IMG/VR virus record: IMGVR_UViG_3300002514_000019
Location: 52,303 to 72,302 of that record
Reading direction: 5' to 3' (one strand)
Length of the DNA stretch: 20,000 nucleotides
From: an uncultured virus (IMG/VR IMGVR_UViG_3300002514_000019)
Lineage: Duplodnaviria; Heunggongvirae; Uroviricota; Caudoviricetes
Part shown: in pieces, positions 16,880 to 20,000 of the stretch
How positions within the stretch are numbered: position 1 is the first letter of the stretch
Layout: each line of letters opens with the position of its first letter
Translations under genes and position numbers: made by a program
The notes under the pieces: generated by a model
Seen by the model: only the letters and a program-made list of their open reading frames with translations
Told to the model about the DNA's origin: nothing
Database searches by the model: none

Positions 16880-16885
16880 CTATAA

Positions 16886-16914
16886 AGTATAAACAAAATA
16901 CCGCGAGAGTTCAA
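16886..16914 (-). promoter_or_regulatory. Candidate sigma70-type promoter TTGAAC-N17-TATACT, predicted to give a leaderless nuclease mRNA
   Basis: -35 at 16914-16909, -10 at 16891-16886, 17-nt spacer. Only 6 nt separate the -10 from the ATG (16879), and there is no SD. Confidence 0.65.
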
Positions 16915-16930
16915 CTAAGTTTTATATCAA

Positions 16931-18211
16931 TTATCTTAGCTGGTCAATATTTTCAACAACCTTTTTGATTGCTGCCACAATATTTTTCATATGTTCCATA
17001 TCATAAGGTGCACGAATGTCTAGCGTGGCTATCAGTTCCTCGCTATATAAGCGCTCAACTACCGGGCAGCCAGGATTTTCATAATCAATATGTGATGCAT
17101 AGTCTCTAATCACCCAATGCTTATTAGAACGATAGATATCTTGTTTATAGAGGGGGGGAACATAACCACACGCAAAATTTACACCTTCAGCATTTAGAGC
17201 CTCTACAAATTTTTCCCTACTTACACCTGAGTCAAGCTTTTTATATCTCATAGGGAAATTATACCATGAAGGTGTATGATCATATTCGGGAATCATCAAT
17301 TCAATATGTTTAGTGTCCTTTAAGTTTTGCATTAAATATTGGCCCATCTGATTTTTTAATTCTAGTACACACCCTAACTTATTCCACTGTGCAGTTGCAA
17401 ATGCTGCGCTGATCTCTGTCATTCTAAAGTTATAGCCTATTATGCCTGAATTTCCATATACATCAAAGCAATAATCGTACGCGGGTGAACCGGTAGCCAC
17501 CTTTGCAGTAGAAGCCACCTCACCGTGATTTCTGACATATCTCATACCATTATTAATTCTTTCATCATTGGTTATTGCGATACCACCCTCACCGGATGTT
17601 ATATGCTTTGACTCTGTCAAACTAAAACCACCGACATGCCCAATCGTACCACATAAACTACCTTTATAGAAAGACATGGGAGATTGTGCACAGTCTTCAA
17701 AGACAAATAAATCATGTGCCGATGCAATACTCATGATCTCGTCCATATCCGCAGGTATACCAAAAAGATGCACAACAAATATCGCCCTTGTTTTATCAGT
17801 TATTTTTCTTCTGATGTCTTCTGGATCAATACACCCGCTATCTTCACACACGTCAGCAAAAACAGGTATCGCACCACATGAAATAATCGACGTTGCACAA
17901 GATGTCATTGTGTAAGGTGTGATAATCACTTCATCACCGGCCTCTAGCCCTAAGGCTAGCATAGCAGCGACAATCCCGTTTGACCATGTATCAAATGCAA
18001 CGGCATGCTCAGCCTGTGTAGAACTTGATACAACCTCTTCAAAATTAATGACCGCCGGGCCGCCCTCATAATTTCCTGCACGGAAACCGGAGAATTTGTT
18101 TCTATTAAAACACTCTAAGATTTCTAATATTTCTTGTTTGTCAACATTTGGCCATTGATGATCCACTTTGCTCTCAATTACCGGTTTACCACCATTTATA
18201 GCTAACTTCAT
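16931..18211 (-). CDS. DegT/DnrJ/EryC1/StrS family PLP-dependent sugar aminotransferase
   Basis: GDEVIITPYT, GAIPVFADV, TRAIFVVHLFG, EDCAQS, FSLTESKHITSGEGG (PLP lysine), GYNFRMTE. Start placed at ATG 18211 (TAATG overlap, GAGGAG upstream; MKLAINGG) rather than the track's GTG at 18223. Confidence 0.93.
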   Translation of the reverse strand: MKLAINGGKPVIESKVDHQWPNVDKQEILEILECFNRNKFSGFRAGNYEGGPAVINFEEVVSSSTQAEHAVAFDTWSNGIVAAMLALGLEAGDEVIITPYTMTSCATSIISCGAIPVFADVCEDSGCIDPEDIRRKITDKTRAIFVVHLFGIPADMDEIMSIASAHDLFVFEDCAQSPMSFYKGSLCGTIGHVGGFSLTESKHITSGEGGIAITNDERINNGMRYVRNHGEVASTAKVATGSPAYDYCFDVYGNSGIIGYNFRMTEISAAFATAQWNKLGCVLELKNQMGQYLMQNLKDTKHIELMIPEYDHTPSWYNFPMRYKKLDSGVSREKFVEALNAEGVNFACGYVPPLYKQDIYRSNKHWVIRDYASHIDYENPGCPVVERLYSEELIATLDIRAPYDMEHMKNIVAAIKKVVENIDQLR

Positions 18212-19269
18212 TATTTTTTCCACTCCTCGGGGACTTTGCCGTCTTTTGTCATTGATGTAATTCTACATTGAAACTTTCTATTTTTATAATTCTTATTTTT
18301 TATTGGAAGGCTTACTTTTTTCCCGGTTTCATGGGACATATAAATCCCTACCGCTACTTCCAAAGATTTCACTGCATCTTCACCTGAGCACATTAATTCT
18401 TCATTGTCATTTATTGTTGCCAATATATTTTCTATGGCTTTTGCCATGGGTGAAATGCCTTGAGAGCCCCTTATAGTTTCATTTATATATTTGTCGCCAT
18501 GCAACCTGTAACCCTCTAGAAGAACCTTTTTTGTCATAGCAAATATTGTTGCTTTATCACCCCTGGCATTTATACCGAGTTGAGGGTTCTCCTTCCAGGC
18601 ACAATCAACATATGCCGACATGTTATTTTCAAACTCTAGATATGCCGTACATCCCGGATCATTTGAACCATCATCTATAACGGACCCATTGACCGCAGTA
18701 GGTGTTGTACCCGAATACATTATCGAAAGATCTATTAGGTGAGTTCCACAGTTCATTAATCCCACATGAGACTGGCAGTCTAACACGTATGGTATACCAA
18801 TTGCGCCAGACTTTATCCTATCTGTAATGTCTATATGCAAATCATCCCATCTTCTCCAATAGTTAACCGCTAGCTTCACGCCTTTTTTCTTGCACTCTTT
18901 GATCATTTTATATGATGTTGATAATGAATTAGAGATAGGCTTTTCACACCATATAGCTTTTAGTGAAGAACAGTGCTTTAATGCCAGCATAACAAGATCA
19001 TAATGAGAATCAACCGGTGTGCATATACTCAAAATATGGATATCTTCTTTTTCAAACATCTCTTTAGGGTCATTGTATACACCTTCAACCTCCCACCGAT
19101 CACAAAACTCAGCCAGGGCTGATTGTGAAGGGTCACATGCGGCAATTAGACTTACAGACTCATTAAAAGAATAGGCTCCGGCATGTGTACATGGTTTCTG
19201 TGTTGCTAACAGATCCTCAAACTTACCCGCTATTCTACCACATCCCACTATTGCTGAATTGTACATCAT
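18211..19269 (-). CDS. Gfo/Idh/MocA family NAD(P)-dependent oxidoreductase
   Basis: AIVGCGRIA, SICTP..SH, IWCEKP, AVNYWRRW, GTHLID. ATGA overlap with the upstream gene. Confidence 0.92.
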   Translation of the reverse strand: MMYNSAIVGCGRIAGKFEDLLATQKPCTHAGAYSFNESVSLIAACDPSQSALAEFCDRWEVEGVYNDPKEMFEKEDIHILSICTPVDSHYDLVMLALKHCSSLKAIWCEKPISNSLSTSYKMIKECKKKGVKLAVNYWRRWDDLHIDITDRIKSGAIGIPYVLDCQSHVGLMNCGTHLIDLSIMYSGTTPTAVNGSVIDDGSNDPGCTAYLEFENNMSAYVDCAWKENPQLGINARGDKATIFAMTKKVLLEGYRLHGDKYINETIRGSQGISPMAKAIENILATINDNEELMCSGEDAVKSLEVAVGIYMSHETGKKVSLPIKNKNYKNRKFQCRITSMTKDGKVPEEWKK

Positions 19270-20000
19270 GCATTCCTTGTATCATCATTAACATACGTTG
19301 CGCCTAGGCCTGCATTAATTTCCATCATACCCGGGGTCTTTAATAATAAATCACATATGTCTTGTAGGGTACATGAATATCCCAACTTATCAAAAACCTC
19401 ATTAATAAACACTAGGTCTTCTTTATAATCAAGAGTTAACCTGGTACCGTCAGGCACGTTATAGGGAGGCGCTGGAAACTTAAGAATCTTATAGCGATCA
19501 GGGTTTCGATATATATAAAGTGAAACATTCTCTAGATCATCCGGATCGCTGGTTCGTCCTGAAACATCACGAAGAGTCTGTGTAGAAAATACTTGGACAT
19601 CACTACCTCGTGGATATGCGTTTGTTATTGTTGTGTTTGCAACATAGTCTACATCTTCGCTTAGATAAAGTTGCACATGTTGATCAACAAGAACGGGATC
19701 AATCATAGGACAATCACCCGTAAGCTCAACAATGATATCAGCGTTATTATGCTCAGCAGCTTCCAAGACTCTCATAAGTACATTACTTTCGCTACCCCTA
19801 TAAAAGCTTATGGATTCTGACTCTAGATATCGACATAATTCATCATCATTTTTGTTGGTTGTGGTTGCGATAATAACATCATCAATTAGCTTACTAGACA
19901 TCACACGATCAACCATTATCTTAATCATGGGGTAATCACCATGTTTCATCATAACCTTTCCAGGAAGCCTAGAGGATGACATCCTGGCCTCTATAGTAGC
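19266..20000 (-). CDS. SpsF-like acylneuraminate cytidylyltransferase-family protein (5' end beyond window)
   Basis: The frame stays open past the track's ATG (19982) to the edge, giving ATIEARMSSSRLPGKVM. Also IIATT..DD.L, YRGSESNVL.R, IVELTGDCPMIDP and RLTLDYKEDL, typical of SpsF-type proteins. Confidence 0.88.
   Translation of the reverse strand, partial: ATIEARMSSSRLPGKVMMKHGDYPMIKIMVDRVMSSKLIDDVIIATTTNKNDDELCRYLESESISFYRGSESNVLMRVLEAAEHNNADIIVELTGDCPMIDPVLVDQHVQLYLSEDVDYVANTTITNAYPRGSDVQVFSTQTLRDVSGRTSDPDDLENVSLYIYRNPDRYKILKFPAPPYNVPDGTRLTLDYKEDLVFINEVFDKLGYSCTLQDICDLLLKTPGMMEINAGLGATYVNDDTRNA

Noticed and set aside
640..17915. Many short plus-strand ORFs (60-141 aa) in the ORF track
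   Set aside because: All lie antisense to long minus-strand genes with recognisable motifs and show no family features; treated as shadow ORFs.
18212..18223. GTG start for the aminotransferase given in the ORF track
   Set aside because: ATG at 18211 overlaps the upstream TAA, has GAGGAG at a plausible spacing and gives a typical MKLAINGG N-terminus.
19980..19982. ATG at 19982 as the start of the SpsF-like gene
   Set aside because: This Met lies inside the conserved IEARMxSxRLPGK motif and the frame stays open to the window edge.
1..20000. tRNA/rRNA genes, intrinsic terminators, inteins, introns or tandem DNA repeats
   Set aside because: Intergenic space is minimal (largest gaps 113, 66 and 51 nt) and none shows a cloverleaf or GC stem-loop with a U-tract. 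No intein or repeat signature was seen by eye.

Overview
The window is a densely packed, entirely minus-strand gene array that best fits a large myovirus-type (contractile-tailed) bacteriophage genome. In transcription order (right to left) it holds three blocks. The first is a nucleotide-sugar/glycosylation block: SpsF-like cytidylyltransferase (cut by the edge), Gfo/Idh/MocA oxidoreductase, DegT aminotransferase, a short UDP-glucose-dehydrogenase-family enzyme and two GT4 glycosyltransferases, interrupted by a 4-Cys Cas4/AddB-like PD-(D/E)XK nuclease. The second is a small membrane protein, a phage sigma factor and a helical hypothetical protein. The third is a baseplate module: gp5/gpV-like spike, a 418-aa orphan, gp25, gp6/J, a DNRLRE-type protein, a 1281-aa gp7/gpI-like wedge protein with two LamG domains, and a partial ORF at the left edge. 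The most notable signal is strong enrichment of an [S/T]-[G/A]-[S/T] tripeptide, usually after a hydrophobic residue, in the three left-most putative virion proteins but not in the core baseplate proteins or enzymes. Together with the adjacent sugar enzymes this suggests a phage-encoded virion O-glycosylation system (hypothesis). All family calls come from motif recognition by eye; no database searches were run.
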